A DNA stretch of 64,000 bases from an uncultured Alphaproteobacteria bacterium (lineage in GTDB: Bacteria; Pseudomonadota; Alphaproteobacteria; Rhizobiales; Rhizobiaceae), in contig CAVZBM010000007.1 in NCBI GenBank assembly GCA_963773525.1, positions 197,824-261,823 of the forward strand. Reading direction: 5' to 3'. Position numbers and translations under genes: made by a program. Under the pieces are notes generated by a model, which saw only the letters and a program-made list of their open reading frames with translations, had not been told where the DNA came from and did no database searches. How positions within the stretch are numbered: the stretch's first letter is position 1; every line of letters begins with the position of its first letter. Positions 1 through 9,926 of this stretch are shown one piece after another.

Positions 1-1
1 C

Positions 2-859
2 GCCCGCGCCACCGTCTTTTCCCGCAAGGGCGGATATCGCGGCACGATCCTGCCCCTGAAGTCCTCCGGCCACACTTTCGACGAAGAGATCGACACTCAG
101 CCGGTCGCCTGGGACAATGTCGAAATGCGTATCGACGCGCTGACCCGGACGCCGGAGGAGACGGGACGGCTCGGCATCGAGATCGGCGATATCGTCGCCA
201 TCGATCCACAGCCCGAACTCATGCCCAACGGCTTCATCGTTTCGCGTCATCTCGACAACAAGGCGGGCGTGGCGGCGTCGCTGGCTGCTCTGAAAGCCAT
301 GCAGAAGGAACAGGTCGAGACGCCCGTCGACATCCATTGGCTCTTCACGATCGCCGAGGAGGTCGGGGTCGGCGCCGCATCGATGATCTCGAGCGACATT
401 GCATCCCTGCTCGCCATCGACAATGGCACGACCGCGCCGGGGCAGAACTCCGACGAGTTCGGCGTGACGATCGCCATGGCGGATCAGACGGGACCGTTCG
501 ACTATCATTTGACGAAGAAGCTGGTCGATCTCTGCATCGAAAACGACATCCGGTACCAGAAGGACGTTTTCCGCTATTACCGCTCCGATTCGGCTTCGGC
601 CCTCGAGGCGGGTGCGGACGTCAGGACGGCGCTCGCGGCCTTTGGCGTCGACTCCAGCCATGGCTATGAGCGCATCCACCTCCATGCGCTGCGATCGGTG
701 GCCGAACTCGTCACGGCCTTCTGCATCTCGCCGGTGGCCATCGAACGCGACTTCTACAAGCGGACCGATACGACCGGCTTCACCGATCAGCCGACGGAGG
801 AAGCCGAGCAGCGGCTGCCCCGCGACGTCAGCCGCGTCTTTCCGCCCAAGAGCGAGTGA
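2..859 (+). CDS. M42 family peptidase, NAGGN osmoprotectant-system type (5' partial)
   Basis: Frame is open from the window edge; motifs SRHLDNKAG, TIAEEVG, IDNG, YRSDSASA and SHGYERIH are typical of M42 peptidases. Confidence 0.8.
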   Translation, partial: ARATVFSRKGGYRGTILPLKSSGHTFDEEIDTQPVAWDNVEMRIDALTRTPEETGRLGIEIGDIVAIDPQPELMPNGFIVSRHLDNKAGVAASLAALKAMQKEQVETPVDIHWLFTIAEEVGVGAASMISSDIASLLAIDNGTTAPGQNSDEFGVTIAMADQTGPFDYHLTKKLVDLCIENDIRYQKDVFRYYRSDSASALEAGADVRTALAAFGVDSSHGYERIHLHALRSVAELVTAFCISPVAIERDFYKRTDTTGFTDQPTEEAEQRLPRDVSRVFPPKSE

Positions 860-869
860 CCCCTCTCGG

Positions 870-894
870 GGAACCAGCGCGTCCCACTCCCGTT
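870..894 (+). promoter_or_regulatory. EcfG (sigma-T/RpoE2) general-stress-response promoter
   Basis: GGAAC-N16-CGTT (870-874, 891-894), 45 bp upstream of the topoisomerase IB ATG; matches the alphaproteobacterial EcfG consensus. Confidence 0.7.
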
Positions 895-939
895 TGAACG
901 TGTGTCGCCGCCGTTCGCGGTCTGTGGAGTGCGTGCAGG

Positions 940-2052
940 ATGCTTGATCCGGTCTCTGATGCCCCATTCGGTCCGGACTTGCCGGACGCCGAGGCCGAGG
1001 ATTATTACAAGCAGCTCGCCGACCGCGCCCGTCTCGTCTATGTCAATGACGAGGCGCCGGGCTGGAGCAGACGCGGCGCCGGCAAAGGGTTCGTCTATCG
1101 GGACGAAGACGGCCAGCGAATTGCCGACAAGGCGGTGCGCAAGCGCCTCGACGCCCTTGCCATCCCGCCCGCCTGGAACGACGTCTGGCTGTGTCCGGAC
1201 CCGCGGGGCCACATCCAGGCGACTGGCCGCGACGCAAAAGGCCGCAAGCAGTATCGCTATCACCCGGAATGGCTCGAGCAGCAGAATCAGCTGAAATTCG
1301 AGACGCTGCCGCTGTTCGGTGCGTCGCTGCCGCCGCTACGCCAGAAGGTGGACACGGATCTGCGCAAGCGCGGCATGCCGAAGGAGAAGGTCGTCGCGCT
1401 CGTTGTCTGGCTGCTCGACAACACGATGATCCGCATCGGCAATGTGCGCTACGCCAAGAAGAACCGCAGCTTCGGCCTGACGACGCTGAAGAAGCGTCAC
1501 CTCGATGTCGGCCACTCACGCGTCCGCTTCACTTTCACCGGCAAGAGCGGCAAGGAGTGGGACCTGTCGCTGAGCGACCGGCGCATCGCCCGCATCATCC
1601 GCACCATCTCGGACCTGCCCGGCCAGCACCTGTTCAAATATCTCGGCGACGATGGAAAGCGCCATCCGATCCGGAGCCAGGACGTGAACGACTATATTCG
1701 CGAGACGATGGAGCAGGATTTCTCGGCCAAGGATTTCCGGACATGGACGGCGACGGTGCTCGCCGCCGATGCATTGCAGGGCATCGAGCTGCCGGAATCG
1801 AAGCGCCAGCAGGCCATCGCGCTCAATTCCGCCATTGACGAGGTGGCCTCCGTGCTGGGCAATACTCGTGCCGTCTGTCGAAGTCAGTACATCCACCCGA
1901 CCGTCATCGATTGCTGGCGCCGCAACGATCTCTGCGACGAGCTTGCCGCGATCGATGCGGAGGACGAGGAATGGCTCGACGCCGGAGAGGTCCGCCTGCT
2001 CACATGGTTCAGCCAGCAAGTCGGCTGCGACGGGATGAACAGGGCGGCCTGA
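940..2052 (+). CDS. DNA topoisomerase IB (bacterial/poxvirus-like)
   Basis: Motifs IPPAW, GRDAKGRKQYRYH, RIGN, F.GKSGK, KDFRTW, LGNT and catalytic YIHP. Confidence 0.93.
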   Translation: MLDPVSDAPFGPDLPDAEAEDYYKQLADRARLVYVNDEAPGWSRRGAGKGFVYRDEDGQRIADKAVRKRLDALAIPPAWNDVWLCPDPRGHIQATGRDAKGRKQYRYHPEWLEQQNQLKFETLPLFGASLPPLRQKVDTDLRKRGMPKEKVVALVVWLLDNTMIRIGNVRYAKKNRSFGLTTLKKRHLDVGHSRVRFTFTGKSGKEWDLSLSDRRIARIIRTISDLPGQHLFKYLGDDGKRHPIRSQDVNDYIRETMEQDFSAKDFRTWTATVLAADALQGIELPESKRQQAIALNSAIDEVASVLGNTRAVCRSQYIHPTVIDCWRRNDLCDELAAIDAEDEEWLDAGEVRLLTWFSQQVGCDGMNRAA

Positions 2053-2166
2053 GGAGATTTCCGGGCGGTTGGGGCGATCAACCTCAGATTGTAAACTGAC
2101 CGCTGAAGCAGTTGTTGCCTCTTGCCAGAGCACCGCTTGCGGCATAATCAGAGCGGGTCCTGGTGC

Positions 2167-2242
2167 GCCCTTGTAGCTCAGCTGGTAGAGCAGCGGTTTT
2201 GTAAACCGAAGGTCGGCGGTTCGATCCCGTCCGAGGGCACCA
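2167..2242 (+). tRNA. tRNA-Thr (anticodon UGU)
   Basis: GCCCTTG acceptor stem pairs with CGAGGGC; D arm GCTCAGCTGGTAGAGC; anticodon loop TTTGTAA; GGTTCGATCC T-loop; encoded CCA; 76 nt. Confidence 0.96.
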
Positions 2243-2375
2243 AATCTCGTCTTCCACTCTTGAGTATCACGAATCCACCGGCGCGATTGCCGCGACGGCC
2301 GGCATCTCTAAGATGTCTTCCAGAGAATGGGCGAAGGACGTTGCCGCGCCCGACCAGCAATCGAAGGAGTTCGCC

Positions 2376-2675
2376 GTGACCCGTGTCTTCGTCCAGATCC
2401 GCTGCCGGCCCGGCACCGCCTACAGCGTTGCCAACCGAATCGCCGACCGTGAGATCTACGCCCAGCTCTATTCGACCAGCGGGCGATTCGACCTGCTCCT
2501 CATGCTGCAGGTGCCCGATGAAGAGGATGTCGGCCGCTACATTCACGATCATCTGCTCGATATTGACGGCATCGAACGGACGGAGACGATCCTCACTTAC
2601 AACGCCTTCTGGCCGATTGGCCATGACGGAATGGCCAAAGTGAAGACGCCGAAGCCGGCGGACCGGGAAAGCTGA
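2376..2675 (+). CDS. Stand-alone Lrp/AsnC ligand-binding domain protein
   Basis: GTG start after AAGGAG; YSTSGRFDLL...IDGIERTETILT is the AsnC C-terminal pattern; no HTH. Confidence 0.8.
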   Translation: MTRVFVQIRCRPGTAYSVANRIADREIYAQLYSTSGRFDLLLMLQVPDEEDVGRYIHDHLLDIDGIERTETILTYNAFWPIGHDGMAKVKTPKPADRES

Positions 2676-2705
2676 GAGAGAGCAAACGCACCGTTCGTTT
2701 CGCGG

Positions 2706-4139
2706 TCAGTCGTCGCGAACGGTCATCCAGCGCAGTTCGGTGAACTCGTCGATTGCGCCCCGTCCGCCGAACCGGCCATAGCCGCTTTCCTTGACGCCGC
2801 CGAACGGCATGTGCGGTTCATCGTCCACGGTCGGACGGTTGATATGGCAGATGCCGCTTTCGACACGGCGAGCGACCTGCATCGCGCGCGTCGTATCACG
2901 GCCGAAGACCGCGGCCGACAGGCCATATTCGGTGTCGTTGGCGATGCGGATCGCCTCGTTGACGGTATCGAACCGGATGACGCCGAGCAGCGGACCAAAG
3001 CTTTCTTCCGCGTAGAAGCGCATGGCCGGAACGACACCATCGATCAGCGTGGGCGGATAGAAGTTGCCCGTGGACGTACCCCCGGTGATGATGGACGCAC
3101 CGTGCCGCCTTGCGTCCTCGACCAGTTCGGCCATTCGGCGGGCGGCCGCCAGATCGATCAACGGACCCGGCGCGAGCAGGCCGGCGGCGTCCGTCGCGCT
3201 CGCGAGCGCCTTCACCCGGGGAATCAGCTTCTCCATCAGGGCGTCGGCCACGGTCGCGTCGACGAGCAGGCGTTCGGTCCCCATGCAGATCTGGCCGCGA
3301 TTTGTGAAGGCCCCAAACAGCGCCGCCTCCACCACGGCATCCAGATCGGCGTCGTCCAAAATGATCAGCGGCGCCTTGCCCCCCAACTCCAGAAGCGGCC
3401 GCTTGAGATATTTGGCAGCGATCTCGGCGACGATCCGTCCCACCCGGGTCGAACCCGTGAAATTGACCCGCCGCACCGCGCGCTCGGCAACGATCGTCTC
3501 GAGAATAGTCGCCGCGTCCTCGGGCGCGTGCGAGATGACGTTGAGCGCGCCGTCCGGCAGACCCGCCTCGTGGATGACGGCGGCGGCGAGCCGGTGGGTC
3601 GCCGGGCAAATCTCCGAACTCTTCAACACAACCGTATTGCCGCAGGCGAGTGGCATCGCGATCGAACGAACGCCGAGAATGATCGGCGCATTCCAAGGCG
3701 CGATGGAAAGGACGACGCCGGCCGGCTGGCGGACCGCCATCGCGGTCGTCGCGGGCCGGTCGGAAGCGAGAACCTCGCCGACCACCTGACTCGTCATGGC
3801 TGCGGCCTCAGTCAGCATATCGGCCGCTAGATCCACGTTGTGATCCGCCCAAGCGCGCCCGGCGCCGGTCTCGGCGCACATCACCTCGACCAACTCCTCG
3901 CGACGCGCAAGCATCGCCTGCGCGGCCTTCAGCAGCACCCGGCGGCGGGCGCGGGGCGGTGTCTGCGACCATTCCGGAAACGCCATCGCGGCCGCATCGA
4001 CCGCGTCGATCGCATCGTTTGACGTGGCCGCGGCGGCTTCTGTGACCACCCTGCCGTCAAACGGGCTTGTCCGGGTGAAGGTACGGCCGTCGGCCGCCAC
4101 CCGCTCTTCCCCTCCGACCAGGAAGGAAGCGAATCGCAC
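2706..4139 (-). CDS. Aromatic aldehyde dehydrogenase (vanillin/salicylaldehyde DH-like)
   Basis: Motifs WNAPIILGVRSIAMPLACGN, FTGSTRVG, LELGGK, GQICM, EESFGP, PFGGVKESG; GTG start inferred. Confidence 0.88.
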   Translation of the reverse strand: MRFASFLVGGEERVAADGRTFTRTSPFDGRVVTEAAAATSNDAIDAVDAAAMAFPEWSQTPPRARRRVLLKAAQAMLARREELVEVMCAETGAGRAWADHNVDLAADMLTEAAAMTSQVVGEVLASDRPATTAMAVRQPAGVVLSIAPWNAPIILGVRSIAMPLACGNTVVLKSSEICPATHRLAAAVIHEAGLPDGALNVISHAPEDAATILETIVAERAVRRVNFTGSTRVGRIVAEIAAKYLKRPLLELGGKAPLIILDDADLDAVVEAALFGAFTNRGQICMGTERLLVDATVADALMEKLIPRVKALASATDAAGLLAPGPLIDLAAARRMAELVEDARRHGASIITGGTSTGNFYPPTLIDGVVPAMRFYAEESFGPLLGVIRFDTVNEAIRIANDTEYGLSAAVFGRDTTRAMQVARRVESGICHINRPTVDDEPHMPFGGVKESGYGRFGGRGAIDEFTELRWMTVRDD

Positions 4140-4165
4140 CCCTTCGTGCTGCCGAATGGCAAGTA

Positions 4166-4897
4166 TCAAAGGCCGACGTCCTCCAGCCCGCCCAGAAACG
4201 CCCGATTGACGTCGGGATCGTCCCATAGATCGGCGGCGGGAGCTTCGCGGACAATGCGACCTGCGGTCAACAGATATCCTCTGTCGGCCAGTTTCAGACC
4301 GGCACGTACGTTCTGCTCCACAACGAGCATGGCGGTCCCCGCTCGCCGGATTACCTCCAGATCGTCGAACAGCTGCTGGGTCACTATCGGCGCCAGGCCG
4401 AGACTCGGCTCGTCGAGCATCAGCAGGCGCGGCGCGCTCATCAGCGCGCGGCCGATCGCGACCATCTGCTGTTCGCCGCCGCTCATGGTTCCCGCCAGTT
4501 GCTGCCTGCGCTCCGCCAGCCGCGGGAACAGCGTCAGAACGCGCTCCATTGCGGCACCGGAACCATCGCGGGCCCGTCTCGGATAGGCCCCGAGCCTGAG
4601 ATTTTCCACTACCGTCAGGCCGGGGAAAATGCCCCTGCCCTCCGGCACTAGGGCGATCCCTTTCTCGACACGCTCATGCGCCGGCGTGTTGACTAGATCG
4701 CCGCCACCGAAGCGGACCGTTCCGCCGAGCGGCTTCACGCGGCCCGCTATGGCGTTCATCAGCGAGGTCTTGCCCGCGCCATTGGCGCCAAGGATGACGA
4801 CCGTCTCGCCCTCGCCGACGTCGATCGACACGTCGTGCAGGGCCTCATGCCGGCCGTAGCGGAGCGAGAGATCCCTCACCTCAAGCATGGACGTCAC
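4166..4897 (-). CDS. ABC transporter ATPase, LivF-like
   Basis: GANGAGKT, MSGGEQQM, DEPSLGLAP. Confidence 0.92.
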   Translation of the reverse strand: MTSMLEVRDLSLRYGRHEALHDVSIDVGEGETVVILGANGAGKTSLMNAIAGRVKPLGGTVRFGGGDLVNTPAHERVEKGIALVPEGRGIFPGLTVVENLRLGAYPRRARDGSGAAMERVLTLFPRLAERRQQLAGTMSGGEQQMVAIGRALMSAPRLLMLDEPSLGLAPIVTQQLFDDLEVIRRAGTAMLVVEQNVRAGLKLADRGYLLTAGRIVREAPAADLWDDPDVNRAFLGGLEDVGL

Positions 4898-5603
4898 CGA
4901 GATAGGCCTCGATCACGGCCGGATCGGCGAGAACGTCCTTCGTCGGCCCTTCGGCCAGCAGCGCTCCGGCCTTCATGACGATGGAGCGGGGACAGAGCGC
5001 GCGGACGGCGTCCATGATGTGCTCGACGAGCAGAACCGTCGTGCCGGCGTCGACGATGCGGCGGACGAGCGCGACCCCTTCTCGGAGTTCCGTCGGGTTC
5101 AGCCCCGACAACCATTCGTCCAGGAGAAGCAGCCGGGGCCGCCCCGCCAGCGCTCGCGCCATCTCCAGCCGCTTCTGATCGAGATAGGTGAGGTCCGCGG
5201 CCCTTGCCCCAGCGGGAAGCCCGACCTGAGCAAGGAGCCGATCGGCCTCGTCGCCCGCCGCCTTGCCCCAAAGGCCCGCGCGGCCGAACGCCAGCGCGGC
5301 GACCACGTTCTCCCGCAGCGACAGCGAGGGCAGGATACGGACGAGTTGGAAGGTGCGTGAGATGCCGAGATTGGCGATGTCGTGCGGCCCGTCGCCGTCG
5401 ATCCGTTGGCCCTCGAAGCGGATGGCTCCGTCGGTCGGCTCCAGCGCACCGGAGATCATGTTGAGGACGGTCGTCTTGCCCGAACCGTTCGGGCCAAGCA
5501 GCGCGACCGCTTCGCCCTCCCTGATCTCCAAGCTCATGTCGCGAACGGCCGTGAGGCCGCCGAACCGCTTCGTCAGACCCTCGACCTGCAGGAGAGCGCT
5601 CAT
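4881..5603 (-). CDS. ABC transporter ATPase, LivG-like
   Basis: Start MSALLQVEG with ATGA overlap; GPNGSGKT, RTFQ, LLLLDE, VEH. Confidence 0.9.
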   Translation of the reverse strand: MSALLQVEGLTKRFGGLTAVRDMSLEIREGEAVALLGPNGSGKTTVLNMISGALEPTDGAIRFEGQRIDGDGPHDIANLGISRTFQLVRILPSLSLRENVVAALAFGRAGLWGKAAGDEADRLLAQVGLPAGARAADLTYLDQKRLEMARALAGRPRLLLLDEWLSGLNPTELREGVALVRRIVDAGTTVLLVEHIMDAVRALCPRSIVMKAGALLAEGPTKDVLADPAVIEAYLGDVHA

Positions 5604-6544
5604 GCCGTTCTCTCCGTCGCGTCGCCTGCTTTCCGCCGACGCTGCCAGCGTGCGGCGAGCCCCGTCACGCCCTGCGGCAGGGCGTAGACGATGACGATGA
5701 ACACCACGCCGAGGAGGATTGAATAAGCGTCCGGATAGCGGGCCGACAGCCATTCGAACAGAAGGAAGAGCGGGATCGCACCGAGCGCCGGTCCGACGAG
5801 GGAGCGCGCACCACCGAGCAGCGCCATGATCACCGGCAGGAAGGACAGCGCCGGATTGAAGACGATCGCCGGCTCCACATAGACGTAGCGCGGCGCCTGG
5901 ATCGCACCCGCCAGCGTCAGTAGTGTCGCGCTGACGGCGAAGAGCATCACTTTCACGCGGGCGATGTTGATGCCGCAATGGGCGGCGACGACCTCGTCGT
6001 CGCCGATCACGCGCAGCGCCAGTCCGATGCGGCTTCGGCGGATCAGCCAGCCGACGACGAGGGTCAGCGCGGCAAGCGCCAGCAATTGCCAGGCGATGTG
6101 GCGAGGTTCGATCGGCAGGAAGACATAGCGGCCGAGCGTGCCGGTGATGTTGACCTCGAACCAGGTGATCAACTGGCGGACCATCTCAGACAGTCCGAAG
6201 GTGAAAATGACGAAATAGATGCCCGCGAGCCGCAGGGTGGCAAAGCCGATGGTCAGCGAGACGACGGCGCCGATCATGGCGGCCGCGACGAGGATGAGCG
6301 GATAGGCGGTGCTTTCGTTGAGGACGGCGACGGTGTAGGCGCCGACGCCGAAGAAGGCAGCCGTCGCAAGGGAGATGTAGCCGGTCGGACCGGAGAAGAG
6401 CGCCCATGCGGTCGCCAGGATCACGGCGTTGAGCAGGCCGATCATGATGCCGACGCCGTAATCGTCCAGATAGGGCGGCAGCAGCGCCAGAGCGGCGGCG
6501 GCGACAATGACGGCTATCGGCAGGCGAAACCGATCCATCGTCAT
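5600..6544 (-). CDS. ABC transporter permease, LivM-like
   Basis: Hydrophobic; GYISLATAAFFGVGAY and LRLAGIYF motifs. Confidence 0.9.
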   Translation of the reverse strand: MTMDRFRLPIAVIVAAAALALLPPYLDDYGVGIMIGLLNAVILATAWALFSGPTGYISLATAAFFGVGAYTVAVLNESTAYPLILVAAAMIGAVVSLTIGFATLRLAGIYFVIFTFGLSEMVRQLITWFEVNITGTLGRYVFLPIEPRHIAWQLLALAALTLVVGWLIRRSRIGLALRVIGDDEVVAAHCGINIARVKVMLFAVSATLLTLAGAIQAPRYVYVEPAIVFNPALSFLPVIMALLGGARSLVGPALGAIPLFLLFEWLSARYPDAYSILLGVVFIVIVYALPQGVTGLAARWQRRRKAGDATERTA

Positions 6545-7413
6545 CCCGCCGCCTTTCCGAACAGGCCGTTCGGCCGGATCAGCAGGACGAGGAGGAAGAT
6601 GCCGTAGGTGGCGGCGAGCGTCAGGCCGGGATCGATATAGGCGGCGACGAAGGTTTCGGTCACGCCAAGCGCCAGCCCGGCCATCAGCGCGCCCGGCAGA
6701 TTGCCGACGCCGCCCATGATCACGATGACAAGCGCCTTGAGCGTCAGCGCGGTGCCGCTCGTTGCGGTAAAGGTCTGGACCATCGAATAGGCGACGCCGC
6801 CGGCCGCCGCCACCGCTCCGCCGAGTGCAAAGGCGTAGGCCGCCACGCGCTCGACATCGATGCCGACAAGCGGCGCCGATTCAGGACGATTGGCGACGGC
6901 CTGAAGGGCAAGACCGACACGCGTCCGTTTCACGACGAGGTAGAGCCCGCTCGCCAGAACGATCGCCAGCGCCAGGGCCAGCAGGCGGTTGGCCGCGATC
7001 CGCACACCAAACAGATCGACGGCACTGTCGAACCAGGAATAGCCGAAGATGTTACCGCCGAAAATCAGCAGCATGACGCCCTGCATCACGAAGAGAAGGC
7101 CGAAGGTGGCGAGGATCGAATCGATCTCCAGCGCCGCCCTCGTCTGCGCCCGCCGGACCAGCAGGCGCAGCACGAACCGGTAGAGCAGATAGGAGAAGAC
7201 GAATCCGACCGGGACGATGAGCAGCATGGCGACAGGTGGCAACGCCGAGTAGCCGGTGAACCCGATCAGGGTGAGAAAGGCCGCGGCGATCAGAAGGTCG
7301 CCGTAGGCCAGGTTCATGATGCGGCTGATGCCGTATTGAAGGGTCAGCCCCAAGGCGACGAGAGCGTAGGTTCCGCCGAGCACCAGGCCGAAGATGAGGG
7401 TGGAAAGAAACAT
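6541..7413 (-). CDS. ABC transporter permease, LivH-like
   Basis: YALVALGLTLQYG, MNLAYG, IRPNGLFG. Confidence 0.9.
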   Translation of the reverse strand: MFLSTLIFGLVLGGTYALVALGLTLQYGISRIMNLAYGDLLIAAAFLTLIGFTGYSALPPVAMLLIVPVGFVFSYLLYRFVLRLLVRRAQTRAALEIDSILATFGLLFVMQGVMLLIFGGNIFGYSWFDSAVDLFGVRIAANRLLALALAIVLASGLYLVVKRTRVGLALQAVANRPESAPLVGIDVERVAAYAFALGGAVAAAGGVAYSMVQTFTATSGTALTLKALVIVIMGGVGNLPGALMAGLALGVTETFVAAYIDPGLTLAATYGIFLLVLLIRPNGLFGKAAG

Positions 7414-7446
7414 GATCTTCAGCCGGCGCCCGCCAGAACCTTCACT

Positions 7447-8670
7447 CTACTGCTTCCAGTCAGGCTTCGGAATGACCGGTTCCGATGCGCCTTCATTGTC
7501 CGCCGGCGCGACAGCGACAAAGTGCCCGTCCTGCCACTGTCCAACCCACCAGAGCTTGCGCAGCTGATTGTCCTCGAGCTTCGTCTCACCCAGGATCGTG
7601 TCGAACGTGCCCGTCGACAATTCCTTGGCAACCGCATCCCGATCGAGGCCGACCCGCTCGATCGCCTGCTCGAGCATCTGCAGCGACACATAAGTAATGG
7701 CGCTGGCCCAGGAGTCCGGCGGCTGGCCCGCCGAGTCGGTGTGACGCTCGAAATAGTCGGCGATTTTCGGATCGGATGCGTTGACGCCACCGATGCCCAT
7801 GACGCCGGTCACATCCGTCCCCGCAACCTGCGGGTAGATCGGGAAGGCCGTGCCGACACCGACATAGAAGATCGCCGGGTTGTAGCCCGCGACCTGCGCC
7901 GCCTTGGTCATGGCGAAGGTGCCGGGCGGGTAGGAAAACGCGGCAAAGACGTCCGCGCCGGCGGATTTGGCGTCGTTGATCAGCGTCGCGAAATCGCTGG
8001 TGCCGAGCGGGTAGGTCTTGTCCAGCACGACCTCGAGACCAGCCTCTTCGAAAGCCGGACGCGCGGCGTTGATCAGATCGATCCCGAAGCCGTCGGCGAC
8101 CGAGAGAAAGGCCACCTTGCCCTCCACCTTGCCGGCGGCCTTGGCGTCCGACACGACCTTCGCAAGCGCCTCGGCGTAGTCCTTGCCGCCGCCGAGCAAC
8201 CAGAAGCTCTTGTTCCAGCGCTTGGCGAACTCGGGCGCCTTGTCGGTCACCGCCGTCACCGCAAGCTGCGGATAGCCGAGACGGTCCATCAGCGGTGCGA
8301 TTGCGAGGTTGAACCCCGTGCCCCAGGGCGGCAGGATGAAATCCACCTTGTCCTGCGTCGCCAGTCTCTCGACGGCGCGCACGACCTCGTCGGATGCGGA
8401 GCGATCGTCATATTCGACGACCTCGATCTTCCGTCGGCTGCCGTCGGGCATCTTCAGCCCGCCGGCCTCGTTCACTTCCTTCACCCAAAGCTCGTAGTTG
8501 GGAATCGTGGTGACGCCGGCGCCGGCGGCGCTTGGGCCGGTCTTGGACACCGCGTAGCCGATCCTGACGGGATCGGAGTCGTCCTGTGCGGCGGCCTGGC
8601 CGCCAAGTCCGGCGACCACGCTCGCGGCAAGCGCGAGTTGCAAGACGTGCCTGCGCATCAATCTGCTCAT
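7447..8670 (-). CDS. ABC substrate-binding protein, LivJ/aromatic-acid type, Tat-like signal
   Basis: MSRLMRRHVL signal; IGYAVSKTGP, EYDDRS, QWQDG. Confidence 0.88.
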   Translation of the reverse strand: MSRLMRRHVLQLALAASVVAGLGGQAAAQDDSDPVRIGYAVSKTGPSAAGAGVTTIPNYELWVKEVNEAGGLKMPDGSRRKIEVVEYDDRSASDEVVRAVERLATQDKVDFILPPWGTGFNLAIAPLMDRLGYPQLAVTAVTDKAPEFAKRWNKSFWLLGGGKDYAEALAKVVSDAKAAGKVEGKVAFLSVADGFGIDLINAARPAFEEAGLEVVLDKTYPLGTSDFATLINDAKSAGADVFAAFSYPPGTFAMTKAAQVAGYNPAIFYVGVGTAFPIYPQVAGTDVTGVMGIGGVNASDPKIADYFERHTDSAGQPPDSWASAITYVSLQMLEQAIERVGLDRDAVAKELSTGTFDTILGETKLEDNQLRKLWWVGQWQDGHFVAVAPADNEGASEPVIPKPDWKQ

Positions 8671-8805
8671 TGCAATCCTCCCTGTCGTGACACGGCGCTC
8701 GTTCCTCTACCCCGAGACCGTATGGCGCTCATCATGAGCCACCTTCCCCAGACTAGGCTATTGAAAAACCCTTTGAAGTGCTTTTTGTAGGGGAGAATTG
8801 CATAT

Positions 8806-9708
8806 TTGACGGATCCGGACGACGATCGACCCATGGCCGCTCCCCCCATCAACAGCGATGTCCTCGAGGCTTGGCCCATCCGCTCGAGCCTGTCTGCGGA
8901 GGACCTGACACTGCCGGAAGGCCGCGCCTCCGTGGTTGTCCTGCGGTCCGGCCAGATGCAATTACAGGCGTTGCAGCCGACCGAGACCTGCGCGGGCCGC
9001 GAAAGTCTGAAAGCGCCGGCGGCTGCCATCCTGCCGCGCCACGGCGCCCACCGGCTGAGTCTGAGTGCGGGCGCCCGTGGAACGATCCTCGCCATCCCAA
9101 TGACGATCCTGCTCGACGCGTTGACGACCTGCCGGCATCTGGATCTCACCGAACTCGCGCGCGTCCTGATCTCCGACATGTCTGTCGAGGCCGCCGCGCT
9201 TCTGGCTTCGGTTGCCTCCCACCTGGAAAGGGACCTCTCTTCGCCGGAAGCGGGCAAGTCAGACAGTGCGCGGCTGTCCATCGCACTGCTCCTTGCCGAG
9301 ATTCACCGCCACGCCATGCCGGACCAGTTGCTCCGGCAATCAGCGCCGCGGACGATCGTCAGCCGCTTCCATGCACTGGTGCAGGATCATTTTCGCGACC
9401 ATTGGACCGTGCAGGATTACGCGAATGAGATCGGCGTCTCACGCGATCGCCTGAATTCGGCGGTCCGGCGCGCATCCGGCCAATCGCCGCTTCAGATCAT
9501 CCATGCGGCGACGCTCGACGAAGCCCGGCGCCTTCTGGCCGGCTCGGGTATGCAAACCGCGGAAATCGCCTTCGCCCTCGGCTTTTCCGATGCATCCTAT
9601 TTCAGCCGGTTCTTCCGCCGCATGACGGGAGAGACACCGGCCCGGTTCCGACAGGAGAGCAACAGGCCGCCGCCGGAGCAGCAGACAAGCTTCGCCGCTT
9701 GGCCATAG
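8806..9708 (+). CDS. AraC-family transcriptional regulator (PobR/HpaA-like)
   Basis: C-terminal double HTH (WTVQDYANEIGVS...EIAFALGFSDASYFSRFF); degenerate cupin N-terminus; divergent from the ABC operon; start uncertain (8806 or 8833). Confidence 0.88.
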   Translation: MTDPDDDRPMAAPPINSDVLEAWPIRSSLSAEDLTLPEGRASVVVLRSGQMQLQALQPTETCAGRESLKAPAAAILPRHGAHRLSLSAGARGTILAIPMTILLDALTTCRHLDLTELARVLISDMSVEAAALLASVASHLERDLSSPEAGKSDSARLSIALLLAEIHRHAMPDQLLRQSAPRTIVSRFHALVQDHFRDHWTVQDYANEIGVSRDRLNSAVRRASGQSPLQIIHAATLDEARRLLAGSGMQTAEIAFALGFSDASYFSRFFRRMTGETPARFRQESNRPPPEQQTSFAAWP

Positions 9709-9782
9709 CGGCTCCGCCAGAAATGCTATTCTCTAGCTGAAAAATGCCTATCGGCTAGAGGCGTGACCGGTAGATTGGATCT

Positions 9783-9840
9783 GATATCATTCGGAAGGCA
9801 TAAGATATCGGCCCGAAGGCATAAGATATCGGTCGGGAGG
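9783..9840 (+). repeat. 21-bp-period direct repeat (two exact 18-mers plus a partial third unit)
   Basis: GAAGGCATAAGATATCGG at 9794-9811 and 9815-9832; GATATC at 9783, 9804 and 9825. Confidence 0.85.
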
Positions 9841-9926
9841 GATTGCGGGTCCCGAACGAATGGAAACAGAACCGGCCTGCCGCTGCTCATGCTGCGGTCG
9901 TGCCGATCAACGGGAGGAATTCGACG

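Noticed and set aside
940-2242. Tyrosine-type enzyme beside a tRNA as a phage integrase/att site
   Set aside because: Motifs are those of topoisomerase IB, it lies upstream of the tRNA, and no att duplication was seen.
9783-9840. Repeat considered as a mini-CRISPR
   Set aside because: Units are 21 bp with only 3-nt gaps, there are no spacers and no cas genes.
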